Below are positions 1-9,063 of a DNA stretch of 64,000 nt, one piece after another. How positions within the stretch are numbered: the stretch's first letter is position 1; each line of letters begins with the position of its first letter. Source of the stretch: an uncultured Bacteroidales bacterium (GTDB taxonomy: Bacteria > Bacteroidota > Bacteroidia > Bacteroidales > Muribaculaceae). The stretch spans positions 1,523 to 65,522 of the forward strand of contig CAMWPM010000010.1 of assembly GCA_947176235.1 (NCBI GenBank), written 5' to 3'. Under the pieces are notes generated by a model. That model saw only the letters and a list, made by a program, of their open reading frames with translations. It searched no databases and had not been told where the DNA came from. Made by a program: the position numbers and the translations under genes.

Positions 1-1
1 A

Positions 2-574
2 GGTCTGAAAGCACGTAAGGAACTTGGCGAAGCTGCTTTCTATGGACCCAAACTCGACTTCATGGTAAAGGACGCCATCGGACGCCGCTGGCAGCTCGGC
101 ACCATCCAGGTCGATTACAACCTTCCCGAGCGCTTCCAGCTTGAGTACACCGGCGCCGACAATCAGAAGCACCGCCCCGTCATGATCCACCGCGCACCAT
201 TCGGTTCCATGGAGCGTTTCGTTGCCGTACTCCTCGAGCACACCGCTGGTAAGTTCCCCCTCTGGCTCGCTCCCGATCAGGCTGTGATCCTCCCCATTTC
301 CGAGAAATTCAACGACTACGCCTACGAAGTCGCCCGGCAGCTTTCTGCCGCCGACGTCCGCGTCATTGTCGACGACCGCAACGAGAAAATCGGACGCAAG
401 ATCCGCGACAACGAGATGCGTCGAATCCCCTATATGCTCATTGTCGGTGAAAAAGAAGCCGAAAATGGTGAAATTTCTGTAAGAAAACAGGGCGAAGGTG
501 ATAAAGGTACGATGAAAATTGCTACCTTTGCACAGAATTTGGCAGAAGAAGTCAACAACTCTATTAATCAATAA
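2..574 (+). CDS. thrS: threonine--tRNA ligase, C-terminal part (5' end lies outside the window)
   Basis: The frame is open from the window edge. The translation ...[31 protein letters not shown]...[24 protein letters not shown]...[12 protein letters not shown] matches the class II ThrRS catalytic-core end plus anticodon-binding domain. The conserved thrS-infC-rpmI-rplT order follows. Confidence 0.95.
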   Translation, partial: GLKARKELGEAAFYGPKLDFMVKDAIGRRWQLGTIQVDYNLPERFQLEYTGADNQKHRPVMIHRAPFGSMERFVAVLLEHTAGKFPLWLAPDQAVILPISEKFNDYAYEVARQLSAADVRVIVDDRNEKIGRKIRDNEMRRIPYMLIVGEKEAENGEISVRKQGEGDKGTMKIATFAQNLAEEVNNSINQ

Positions 575-581
575 CCTCTGA

Positions 582-1283
582 ATGGATAAAAAACCCATCC
601 ACAACTCCTCGCCGTCTGGTGCTCATCGCCCCGGCAACAACTCCCAGTCCGGAGCCCCACGTGGGTCTCGTCCCGGCTCATCCGCTCCCGCCCAGGGTCC
701 GCAAGGTGCCGGTGCACCGCGTGGTCCGCGTCCCGCTGGAGGTCCCGCACAGCCACAGCGTCCCAACGCCCGCGACAAGGAGCAGCACGCCATCAACGAC
801 CGCATCCGCGCACGCGAAGTCCGTCTCGTTGGCGACAACGTAGAGATCGGAATCTACTCCATTCAGGAAGCCCTCCGCATCGCCGACGAGCAAGGTCTCG
901 ACCTCGTGGAGATCTCCCCCACCGCCGAGCCTCCCGTCTGCAAGGTTCTCGACTATCAGAAGTTCCTTTATCAGCAGAAAAAGCGCCAGAAGGAACAGAA
1001 AGCCAAAGCCACAAAGGTCGTCGTTAAGGAAATCCGTTTCGGACCTCAGACCGACGATCACGACTACAATTTCAAGCTCAAGCACGCCATCGGATTCCTT
1101 CAGGAAGGTTCCAAAGTCAAAGCCTACGTTTTCTTCAAGGGGCGTTCGATCCTCTTTAAGGAGCAGGGCGAAGTTCTCCTCCTCCGTTTCGCCAACGATC
1201 TGGAGGACTACGGCAAAGTTGAGCAGATGCCTATTCTCGAAGGCAAGCGCATGACCATCATGCTCTCGCCCAAAAAGAAATAA
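582..1283 (+). CDS. infC: translation initiation factor IF-3 with a low-complexity N-terminal extension
   Basis: Residues ~70-233 ([16 protein letters not shown]...GLDLVEISP...[12 protein letters not shown]...[18 protein letters not shown]) match the IF3 N- and C-domains. The ATG lies 8 nt after the thrS stop. The first ~65 aa are rich in P, G, A, R and S. Confidence 0.9.
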   Translation: MDKKPIHNSSPSGAHRPGNNSQSGAPRGSRPGSSAPAQGPQGAGAPRGPRPAGGPAQPQRPNARDKEQHAINDRIRAREVRLVGDNVEIGIYSIQEALRIADEQGLDLVEISPTAEPPVCKVLDYQKFLYQQKKRQKEQKAKATKVVVKEIRFGPQTDDHDYNFKLKHAIGFLQEGSKVKAYVFFKGRSILFKEQGEVLLLRFANDLEDYGKVEQMPILEGKRMTIMLSPKKK

Positions 1284-1344
1284 GCACATCCACAGCAACA
1301 ACAGTTTTTACAACTCGAATTAATAAACTTTTTTACAAAACAAA

Positions 1345-1542
1345 ATGCCTAAGATTAAGACTAATTCCGGTGCCAAAAAGAGGTTCGCCCTTACCGGATC
1401 AGGAAAGATCAAGAGAAAACATGCTTTTAAGAGCCACATCTTGACCAAGAAGACTAAGAAGCAGAAACGCAACCTCACTCACAGCGGTCTCATCGCCAAG
1501 GTCGATGCCGGCAACGTGAAGTCTCTTCTCGCTCTCAAGTAA
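1345..1542 (+). CDS. rpmI: 50S ribosomal protein bL35
   Basis: A 65-aa basic protein starting [14 protein letters not shown]...[14 protein letters not shown], positioned between infC and rplT. Confidence 0.95.
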   Translation: MPKIKTNSGAKKRFALTGSGKIKRKHAFKSHILTKKTKKQKRNLTHSGLIAKVDAGNVKSLLALK

Positions 1543-1673
1543 TTCTGCAAAGCATATTTCCCTTTGCATTAATTCGTGAATTTAAAGACACAGTTTTTCT
1601 TCTAACCGAGTGTTTAGCCCTCAAGAGAACCCTGTAGTTGGGAATCCGCTAACGCTCAAAATCGTTTAAAACA

Positions 1674-2024
1674 ATGCCAAGATCAGTTAATCACGTAGCT
1701 TCAAGAGCTCGCCGTAAAAAGATCCTTAAACTCACCCGCGGTTACTTCGGCTGCCGCCGCAACGTGTGGACCGTAGCTAAGAACACATGGGAAAAAGGTC
1801 TAACCTACGCCTACCGCGATCGTAAGAACAAAAAGCGCAACTTCCGCGCTCTCTGGATTCAGCGTATCAATGCTGCTGCTCGCCTCGAGGATCTCTCCTA
1901 CAGCAAGCTCATGGGTCTCATCCACAAGTCAGGCATCGAGATCAACCGCAAAGTTCTCGCCGACCTCGCTCTCAACAACCCCGCAGCTTTCAAGGCTGTC
2001 GTTGAGAAGGTCAAGAACGCCTGA
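1674..2024 (+). CDS. rplT: 50S ribosomal protein bL20
   Basis: [26 protein letters not shown]...[15 protein letters not shown] is the canonical bL20 N-terminus. Confidence 0.95.
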   Translation: MPRSVNHVASRARRKKILKLTRGYFGCRRNVWTVAKNTWEKGLTYAYRDRKNKKRNFRALWIQRINAAARLEDLSYSKLMGLIHKSGIEINRKVLADLALNNPAAFKAVVEKVKNA

Positions 2025-2054
2025 TTCCCGTCCACAGCAATCCCGATTTTCCAC

Positions 2055-2093
2055 GGCGATGTGTCGAGTATTCGGCACATCGCCTTTTTATTT
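2055..2093 (+). terminator. Rho-independent terminator after rplT
   Basis: GGCGATGTGTCGA-GTAT-TCGGCACATCGCC forms a 13-bp stem with one G.U pair. It is followed by TTTTTATTT. Confidence 0.75.
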
Positions 2094-2130
2094 CTCTATT
2101 ACTAAACTTTTTTGTAACTTTGTCGGTGAG

Positions 2131-3063
2131 ATGAAAATAGACTTCTTCCGACGCAAAAAATCCGATCAGGTCACCGATGTCGACGGCATCGAGCGCTTCC
2201 GCACGCGTAAGCGCTACCGACTCGCATTCATCAACGAGAACACCCTCAATCGCGTCTGGACCGTCCGCCTCACCCTCCCCCGCGTCATCCTCGCCGTCAT
2301 CATCATCATCCTCGCCGTCGTGAGCCTCGGCACGATGTTCATCGTCGTCACCCCGCTCCGCACAATCCTCCCGGGCTACCTCAAGGGCAACGAACGACGC
2401 GAGTACATCGCCACAACATTGCGTATCGACTCCCTCGCCGCCGAGATGAATCTGCGCAAAGCCTACCTCGACAACATTTCCGCCATTCTTGCCGACAGCA
2501 TTTCTGTCGAAGAACGCATGGCAGCGTTCGCCGACTCCATTCCGGTCAAACTCCCCTACGATTCCATCATCGAGGCTTCTTCCACCGAACGCGAGTTTGT
2601 CAAAATCTACGAGGAACGCGAGAAGTACAATCTTTCAGTCCTCTCCCCCCTCGCCGCCACAGGAATGTCCTTCATCAATCCCGCGCAGGGAGCAGCTGTT
2701 GCCGATCCCGACCCATCGGGCGCCGACATTGGCACAATCCGCTTCATCACCCCGCGCCTTCAGCCCGTCAACGCCATCTATCGGGGCACGGTAATTGACA
2801 CATATTCCACCCCAGGCCATGGCGACATCGTGATAATCCAGCACCCCAACGATTTCGTGAGCCGTATCTCCGGGCTCACCACCACTATGGTGCAACGTGG
2901 CATGACCGTAATGCCCGGCTCTCGCATCGGACTCTCCGAAGCCCCTGCCGGCACCGACTCCCTCTCACGCCCCGTCCTCGCTCTCCAGCTTTGGCACAAA
3001 GGCACCCCTGTCAATCCCCGCGACTACGTGCCTATCACTTCATCTCACGTTCCCACAAAATGA
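2131..3063 (+). CDS. membrane-anchored LytM/M23-domain protein, probably non-catalytic
   Basis: I place the start at ATG 2131 (MKIDFFRRKK...), because the longer track ORF overlaps rplT. One N-terminal TM segment is present (VILAVIIIILAVVSLGTMFIVV). The C-terminus has an M23-like fold signature (GDIVIIQHPNDFVSRISGL...V.PGSRIGL...GTPVNPRDYV). I could not find the HxxxD or HxH zinc-ligand motifs; LQLWH sits where HLHFE is expected. Confidence 0.75.
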   Translation: MKIDFFRRKKSDQVTDVDGIERFRTRKRYRLAFINENTLNRVWTVRLTLPRVILAVIIIILAVVSLGTMFIVVTPLRTILPGYLKGNERREYIATTLRIDSLAAEMNLRKAYLDNISAILADSISVEERMAAFADSIPVKLPYDSIIEASSTEREFVKIYEEREKYNLSVLSPLAATGMSFINPAQGAAVADPDPSGADIGTIRFITPRLQPVNAIYRGTVIDTYSTPGHGDIVIIQHPNDFVSRISGLTTTMVQRGMTVMPGSRIGLSEAPAGTDSLSRPVLALQLWHKGTPVNPRDYVPITSSHVPTK

Positions 3064-4244
3064 ACAAAACTGAAGTCCCCCACCACCGCAAACGCATAGC
3101 CGTACTCGGCTCCACCGGATCTATCGGCACCCAGACTCTCGACGTTATCGCCCGCTATCCCGACTGTTTCGAAGCCACGGTCCTTATTGCCGGACGCAAC
3201 GTCGACCTCCTCATCGAGCAGTGCCGTCGATTCCGTCCCGCCCTCGCCATCATCGCCGACGAATCCCGGTATTCTGCTCTCCGCGGCGCCCTCTCCCCCC
3301 TCGGCATATCCGTGGCAGCCGGTTCGCAGGCAATTACCGACGTTATGTCGTCCGACCTATTCGACACCGTTGTCACCGCCACTGTTGGCTACAGCGGACT
3401 CCAGCCTACCATGGCTGCCATCGCTGCAGGTAAACAGATCGCCCTCGCCAATAAGGAGACAATGGTCGTTGCCGGCGAACTCGTCACCGAAGCTCTCGCT
3501 CATTCTGCTTCCACAATCCTGCCGGTCGATTCCGAGCACTCAGCCATCTACCAGTGCCTTGTCGGAGAAGATCCCGCCACGGTCCGCCGTCTCATCATCA
3601 CCGCATCCGGAGGTCCCTTCCGCACATTCGACACCTCCCGCCTCGCATCCGTCACTGTTGCCGACGCACTCCGCCACCCCAATTGGTCGATGGGTGCAAA
3701 AATCACCATCGATTCAGCCACCATGCTCAACAAAGCCTTTGAAATCATCGAAGCACGATGGCTTTTCGACGTAACCCCCGACCGAATCACCCCCCTCGTC
3801 CATCCCCAGTCGATCATCCATTCCATGGTCGAATTTGACGACGGTGCCATAAAGGCGCAACTCGGAATCCCCGACATGCACCTCCCCATACGCTACGCTC
3901 TCGGCGACGCCACACGCCTTTCCACCGACGAAGCCCCCCTCTCGCTCGCTCAGATGTCCGCTCTCACATTCGAGCAGCCCGACGAAGCCCGATTCCCGTG
4001 CATCACTCTCGCACGCCTCGCCCTCGAGCGCGGAGGCACCGCAGCCTGCGTCATCAACGCCGCCAACGAGATTGCCGTCGACGCCTTCCTCCACGAGCGC
4101 ATTCGGTTCCTCGACATTTACCCGCTCATCACCGAGACCCTCGCCCGCGTCCCATTCATCCGGCGTCCCTCCCTCGACGACTATGTGGCGACCAACGCCC
4201 TCGCGCGCGCCACAGCCACGGACCTCATCCCATCCCTCTCCTGA
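3060..4244 (+). CDS. dxr: 1-deoxy-D-xylulose-5-phosphate reductoisomerase
   Basis: RIAVLGSTGSIGTQTLDV (NADPH-binding site), LANKE, and SEHSAIYQC...ITASGGPF...HPNWSMG motifs are present. The ATG at 3060 overlaps the upstream stop (ATGA). Confidence 0.95.
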   Translation: MNKTEVPHHRKRIAVLGSTGSIGTQTLDVIARYPDCFEATVLIAGRNVDLLIEQCRRFRPALAIIADESRYSALRGALSPLGISVAAGSQAITDVMSSDLFDTVVTATVGYSGLQPTMAAIAAGKQIALANKETMVVAGELVTEALAHSASTILPVDSEHSAIYQCLVGEDPATVRRLIITASGGPFRTFDTSRLASVTVADALRHPNWSMGAKITIDSATMLNKAFEIIEARWLFDVTPDRITPLVHPQSIIHSMVEFDDGAIKAQLGIPDMHLPIRYALGDATRLSTDEAPLSLAQMSALTFEQPDEARFPCITLARLALERGGTAACVINAANEIAVDAFLHERIRFLDIYPLITETLARVPFIRRPSLDDYVATNALARATATDLIPSLS

Positions 4245-4300
4245 GGCACACCACGTACCCCGATTTTTCACCTTCATTATCCCTACTCCTCTGACTCCCT

Positions 4301-5680
4301 ATGGAGACATTTCTCATAAAAGCACTTCAGCTCATCGCCGCCCTTGCCCTCCTCGTCGTCATCCACGAGGCGGGGCACTACATGTTTGCACGCATCTTCG
4401 GCATTAAAGTCGAAAAATTCTATCTCTTCTTCGACCCCTGGTTCGCCCTGCTCCGCTGGAGGCCGAAGAAAAAGAAAGTACAGACGCCACGACTCAATTC
4501 CGACGGCACCGAGCGTGCCTCATGGCGCGACACAGAGTATGGCATCGGCTGGCTACCACTCGGAGGCTATGTGAAGATTGCCGGAATGATCGACGAATCG
4601 ATGGACCGTGACCAGATGGCAAAACCCGCCCAACCTTGGGAATTTCGCTCCAAAGCAGCCCATAAGCGCCTCCTCGTGATGCTCGGTGGCGTTATCATGA
4701 ACTTCGTCCTCGCCATCATCATCTACGCCGGCATCGCATTTTATTGGGGCGAACGCACCATCGACTATCACGACGCCTACGCAGGTCTCGACTATTCCCC
4801 CGCAGCACTCAAGGCAGGCTTCGTCAACGGCGACATTCCCCTCACAGCCGACGGCGAGCCCATCGTATCCACCGACCGTGACCACATTCTCAAGATGGTA
4901 CAGGCTCACGAAGTCACCGTCCTCCGCGGCGGCTCCGACACCGTCACTATCTCCCTCCCCTCCGATTTCGTATTTCAGGTCAGCGACGACGGAGGTTTCT
5001 GCGCGCTCCGCGTCCCCGTCTTCGTCAAGATGGTGCAGGCTGGCGACCCTGCCGCCAAAGCCGGAATCCTTGAAGGCGACCACATCGTCGCCGTCGGAGG
5101 AGTCCCCACCCCCTCCTTCACCGAATTCAGTCCTCGCCTCCGCTCCCACGCATCCGACTCTGTCACCATCACCGTTGAGCGCGCAGGAGGCGAGACTCTC
5201 GACCTGACCGTCGTTCCTACGTCTGAAGGCACAATCGGCATCGGGCTGATGAAGCCCGATGAAGTCTATCCGGTCAAGTCAATCCGCTATTCTATTCTGG
5301 CATCCGTTCCCAAAGGCATAGCCATCGGCACCGGCACACTCGGAAGCTACGTTTCATCCCTGCGCCACGTATTTTCAAAGCGCGGAGCCGAGAGCATCGG
5401 CGGATTCGGCGCTATCGGCAACATGTTCCCCTCAGCTTGGAACTGGCGCACATTCTGGGAGACGACAGCATTCCTATCCATCATCCTTGCATTCATGAAC
5501 ATTCTTCCCATCCCCGCTCTCGATGGCGGTCACGTACTCTTCCTTTTCTGGGAGATAATCACCCGTCGCAAGCCCTCCGAGAAGGTTCTTGAGTACGCCC
5601 AGATGGCAGGAATGGCATTCCTCTTCGCCATCCTCCTCTACGCCAACGGCAACGACATCTACCGATTCTTCTTCAAATGA
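4301..5680 (+). CDS. rseP: RIP metalloprotease RseP (site-2 protease)
   Basis: HEAGHY zinc motif in TM1, a PDZ-like middle region, and a C-terminal NILPIPALDGGH motif. Sits next to dxr, as in many bacteria. Confidence 0.9.
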   Translation: METFLIKALQLIAALALLVVIHEAGHYMFARIFGIKVEKFYLFFDPWFALLRWRPKKKKVQTPRLNSDGTERASWRDTEYGIGWLPLGGYVKIAGMIDESMDRDQMAKPAQPWEFRSKAAHKRLLVMLGGVIMNFVLAIIIYAGIAFYWGERTIDYHDAYAGLDYSPAALKAGFVNGDIPLTADGEPIVSTDRDHILKMVQAHEVTVLRGGSDTVTISLPSDFVFQVSDDGGFCALRVPVFVKMVQAGDPAAKAGILEGDHIVAVGGVPTPSFTEFSPRLRSHASDSVTITVERAGGETLDLTVVPTSEGTIGIGLMKPDEVYPVKSIRYSILASVPKGIAIGTGTLGSYVSSLRHVFSKRGAESIGGFGAIGNMFPSAWNWRTFWETTAFLSIILAFMNILPIPALDGGHVLFLFWEIITRRKPSEKVLEYAQMAGMAFLFAILLYANGNDIYRFFFK

Positions 5681-6876
5681 CGACCGATATGTATAAGTCA
5701 GTTTATCTCAAGCGTGGAAAGGAAGCATCCCTTGAGCGCTTCCATCCCTGGATTTTTTCCGGAGCTATCGCTCGCGCCGACGCAGGTATTGACGAAGGCG
5801 ACGTTGTCAGCGTTTTCTCCCACGATGGCACCCACATCGGCGTCGGTCATTTTCAGATAGGCAGTATCGCCGTCCGGATGCTCGCCTTCACTCCCGCGCC
5901 AATTCCCATCGACACAGCTTTTTTCACAGCCCAGCTTGCCGAAGCCTACGGTCTTAGGCGTGAGCTCCACCTCATCCGCCCCGACAACAATGCCTTCCGG
6001 CTCGTCCACGGCGAGGGGGATTTTCTCCCCGGGCTCGTGGTTGATGTCTACGGTCCCACCGCTGTAGTCCAGGCTCACAGCCCCGGCATGCACTTCAGCC
6101 GCGACGTTATAGCCCGAGCCATTGTCGACCTTCCCGACCTCGGCGTCGACAATGTCTACTACAAGAGCGAGACCACTCTCCCCTACAAGGCTCATCTCGA
6201 TCCCGTCAACGACTATATCATCGGCTCATACGCCGGCGACGAAGCCCTTGAGAACGGACTCCGCTTCCACGTCGACTGGCTGAAAGGACAGAAGACGGGA
6301 TTTTTCCTCGACCAGCGCGACAACCGCGCCCTTCTTGAGCGCTACTCTCGCGGCAAACGTGTCCTCAACATGTTCTGCTACACCGGCGGATTCTCCGTCT
6401 ATGCCATGCGCGGCGGCGCTGTAAGCGTTGACTCCGTCGACTCTTCGGCGAAAGCTGTCTCGCTCACCGATGCCAACATCGCCCTCAACTTCCCCGCCGA
6501 CACCCGTCATCGCTCCCACGCCGAGGACGCATTCCGCTTCATCGACGCCATGGAGCCTGGAGCCTACGATCTTGTCATCCTCGACCCCCCCGCATTCGCC
6601 AAGCATCGCAGCGCCACCCCCAATGCCCTTCGCGGGTATCAGAAGCTCAATGCACGCGCTATGGAGAAAATGCCCCCGCGCTCCATCCTCTTCACCTTCT
6701 CCTGCTCCCAGGCCGTGAGCCGTGAGCAGTTCCGGCTCGCCGTATTCTCAGCTGCCGCACAGGCACGCCGGCGCGTCCGTATCCTCCATCAGCTCACTCA
6801 GCCCGCCGATCATCCCGTCAACATCTATCACCCCGAGGGTGAATACCTCAAGGGGCTGATCCTCTACATCGAATAA
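5677..6876 (+). CDS. class I SAM-dependent rRNA methyltransferase, RlmI-like (PUA plus methyltransferase)
   Basis: An N-terminal PUA-like region (HPWIFSGAI) is followed by VLNMFCYTGGFSV (SAM motif I) and LDPPAFAK. The ATGA overlap with rseP suggests translational coupling. Confidence 0.8.
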   Translation: MTTDMYKSVYLKRGKEASLERFHPWIFSGAIARADAGIDEGDVVSVFSHDGTHIGVGHFQIGSIAVRMLAFTPAPIPIDTAFFTAQLAEAYGLRRELHLIRPDNNAFRLVHGEGDFLPGLVVDVYGPTAVVQAHSPGMHFSRDVIARAIVDLPDLGVDNVYYKSETTLPYKAHLDPVNDYIIGSYAGDEALENGLRFHVDWLKGQKTGFFLDQRDNRALLERYSRGKRVLNMFCYTGGFSVYAMRGGAVSVDSVDSSAKAVSLTDANIALNFPADTRHRSHAEDAFRFIDAMEPGAYDLVILDPPAFAKHRSATPNALRGYQKLNARAMEKMPPRSILFTFSCSQAVSREQFRLAVFSAAAQARRRVRILHQLTQPADHPVNIYHPEGEYLKGLILYIE

Positions 6877-6909
6877 AATTTTTTCTTCTCCGGAATAATC
6901 TTCTTTCAC

Positions 6910-8952
6910 ATGAACAAAAAAACGATCGCCGCTATAGCTGGCGTAGCTGTCATCGCCGCAGCATCTGTCACTGCAATGAACATCAATCGCTCCACCCCCG
7001 CCGACACCGACGACGACTTCCAGTACGTTGTCGACAACTTCGCCGACATCGAGATTCTCCGCTACAAAGTCCCCGGATTTGAGGATCTTTCCCTGCGTCA
7101 GAAGCAACTCGTCTATCATCTCACCGAAGCAGCCCTCGCTGGTCGTGACATTCTCTGGGATCAGAACTGCGCGTTCAACCTCCCTGTCCGTCGCCTCGTT
7201 GAGAACGTCTACACCTCATGGGACGGCGCTCCCGACAACCCCGACTTCCTCGCCCTCACCACCTACCTCAAGCAGATCTGGATGGGCAACGGTATCCATC
7301 ACCACTATTCTTCCGACAAGTTCGTCCCCGCATTCTCCGAGCAATGGTTCCGTTCGCGCGTCGACGCTCTTCCCGAAGTTGATCAGCCCGACCCCGACAC
7401 TCTTGACGAACTTTGCAAAGTGATTTTCGATCCCACGGTTCTTCCCAAACGCGTCAATCAGGCTGACGGCGAAGATCTCGTTCTCACCTCCGCCTGCAAT
7501 CTCTATGGCGGTGGCATCACTCAGCAGGAAGTCGAGGACTACTATGCGTCGATCAAGACTCCCGGCGATTCCACACCCGTATCATGGGGGCTCAACTCCC
7601 GCCTCGTAAAGACGGGTGAAGGTACTGTCGACGAGCAGGTCTATCGTGTAGGCGGTCTCTACTCCCCCGCAATCGAGCGCATCGTGACCCACCTCTCCAA
7701 AGCTGCCGAATTTGCCGAAAACGACACTCAGCGTCAGGTCATTGACGAGCTTATTGACTACTATCGCACCGGCGACCTCCGCAAGTGGGACTCCTACTCC
7801 ATCCTATGGGTTGGCGACAACGACTCGCAGGTTGACTTCATCAACGGTTTCATCGAGAACTACGGCGATCCCCTCGGAATGACAGGTGCATGGGAATCAA
7901 TCGTCAACTTCAAGAATGAGGAAGCCTCCCGCCGCACATCCGTTCTCTCTTCCGAAGCACAGTGGTTTGAGGACCATTCGCCTGTCGATCCACGCTTCCG
8001 TAAGCCCGAGGTTAAGGGAGTGACTGCCAAGGTAATCACCGCCGCAATCCTCGCCGGCGACTCCTACCCATCCACCCCCATCGGCATCAATCTCCCCAAC
8101 GCCAACTGGATTCGCGCCAATCACGGTTCCAAGTCCGTGACTATCGAGAACATCACACAGGCTTATGATGCCGCATCCCACGGCTCTGGCTTCAACGAGG
8201 AATTTGTAATCGACAACGCCACCGCAAAGCTCCTCGACGACTATCTCTTCATCACCGACAACCTCCACACCGACCTTCACGAATGTCTCGGGCATGGTTC
8301 CGGTCGTCTCCTCCCCGGCGTCGATCCCGATGCCCTGAAGGCTCACGGATCCACCATCGAGGAAACCCGCGCCGACCTCTTCGCCCTCTACTACCTTGCC
8401 GATCCCAAGCTCGTCGAGCTTCACCTCCTCGACAACCCGGAAGCCTACAAAGCCGAGTACTACAAGTATATGCTCAACGGTCTCATGACACAGCTCATGC
8501 GCATCGAGCCGGGTAAGGACGTCGAGGAAGCCCACATGCGCAACCGCAAGCTCATTGCCGAGTGGGTGCTTGAGAAAGGTGCCCCGGACAACGTTGTTGA
8601 ACTTGTCAAGCACGACGGAAAGACCTATCTGCGCATCAACGACTATGAGGCACTTCGCGGTCTCTTCGGTCAGCTCCTCGCTGAGATCCAGCGCATCACT
8701 TCCGAAGGCGATTACCCGGCGGCTGCCGCGCTGGTTGAGAAGTACGCCGTAAAGGTCGATCCTGCCATCCACAAAGAAGTCCTCGACCGCTACGCCACAC
8801 TCTCCATCGCCCCCTACAAAGGATTCGTCAATCCCGTCTATGAGCAGGTCATCGACAACAACGGCAACGTAGTCGACATCACAGTTCGATATGACGAAGG
8901 ATATGTTGATCAGATGCTCCGCTACAGCCGCGACTATTCCCTTCTCCGCTGA
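6910..8952 (+). CDS. dipeptidyl-peptidase III (peptidase family M49) with an N-terminal hydrophobic signal or anchor
   Basis: HECLGHGSG hexapeptide zinc motif (the HEXXGH type of M49) and a downstream EETRADL second motif. The 680-aa length fits bacterial DPP III. Confidence 0.85.
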   Translation: MNKKTIAAIAGVAVIAAASVTAMNINRSTPADTDDDFQYVVDNFADIEILRYKVPGFEDLSLRQKQLVYHLTEAALAGRDILWDQNCAFNLPVRRLVENVYTSWDGAPDNPDFLALTTYLKQIWMGNGIHHHYSSDKFVPAFSEQWFRSRVDALPEVDQPDPDTLDELCKVIFDPTVLPKRVNQADGEDLVLTSACNLYGGGITQQEVEDYYASIKTPGDSTPVSWGLNSRLVKTGEGTVDEQVYRVGGLYSPAIERIVTHLSKAAEFAENDTQRQVIDELIDYYRTGDLRKWDSYSILWVGDNDSQVDFINGFIENYGDPLGMTGAWESIVNFKNEEASRRTSVLSSEAQWFEDHSPVDPRFRKPEVKGVTAKVITAAILAGDSYPSTPIGINLPNANWIRANHGSKSVTIENITQAYDAASHGSGFNEEFVIDNATAKLLDDYLFITDNLHTDLHECLGHGSGRLLPGVDPDALKAHGSTIEETRADLFALYYLADPKLVELHLLDNPEAYKAEYYKYMLNGLMTQLMRIEPGKDVEEAHMRNRKLIAEWVLEKGAPDNVVELVKHDGKTYLRINDYEALRGLFGQLLAEIQRITSEGDYPAAAALVEKYAVKVDPAIHKEVLDRYATLSIAPYKGFVNPVYEQVIDNNGNVVDITVRYDEGYVDQMLRYSRDYSLLR

Positions 8953-9019
8953 TTCCTGCCCGCGAAGCCATCCCTGTCCGATTTTTTCCCCAATTTTTGG
9001 ATATTCCAGCCGTTTTTCA

Positions 9020-9027
9020 TATTTTTG
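9020..9027 (+). promoter_or_regulatory. candidate Bacteroidota -7 promoter box (TATTTTTG)
   Basis: Matches TAnnTTTG and lies 37 nt upstream of the response-regulator ATG. Confidence 0.4.
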
Positions 9028-9063
9028 TATGAAATAAACAAAACCATAAACATTTACCTCCTG

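Noticed and set aside
1870-2130. An N-terminal extension of the M23-like ORF (track start 1870) overlapping rplT.
   Set aside because: It overlaps the rplT coding region and its terminator. An ATG at 2131 after the terminator gives a sensible MKIDFF...TM start.
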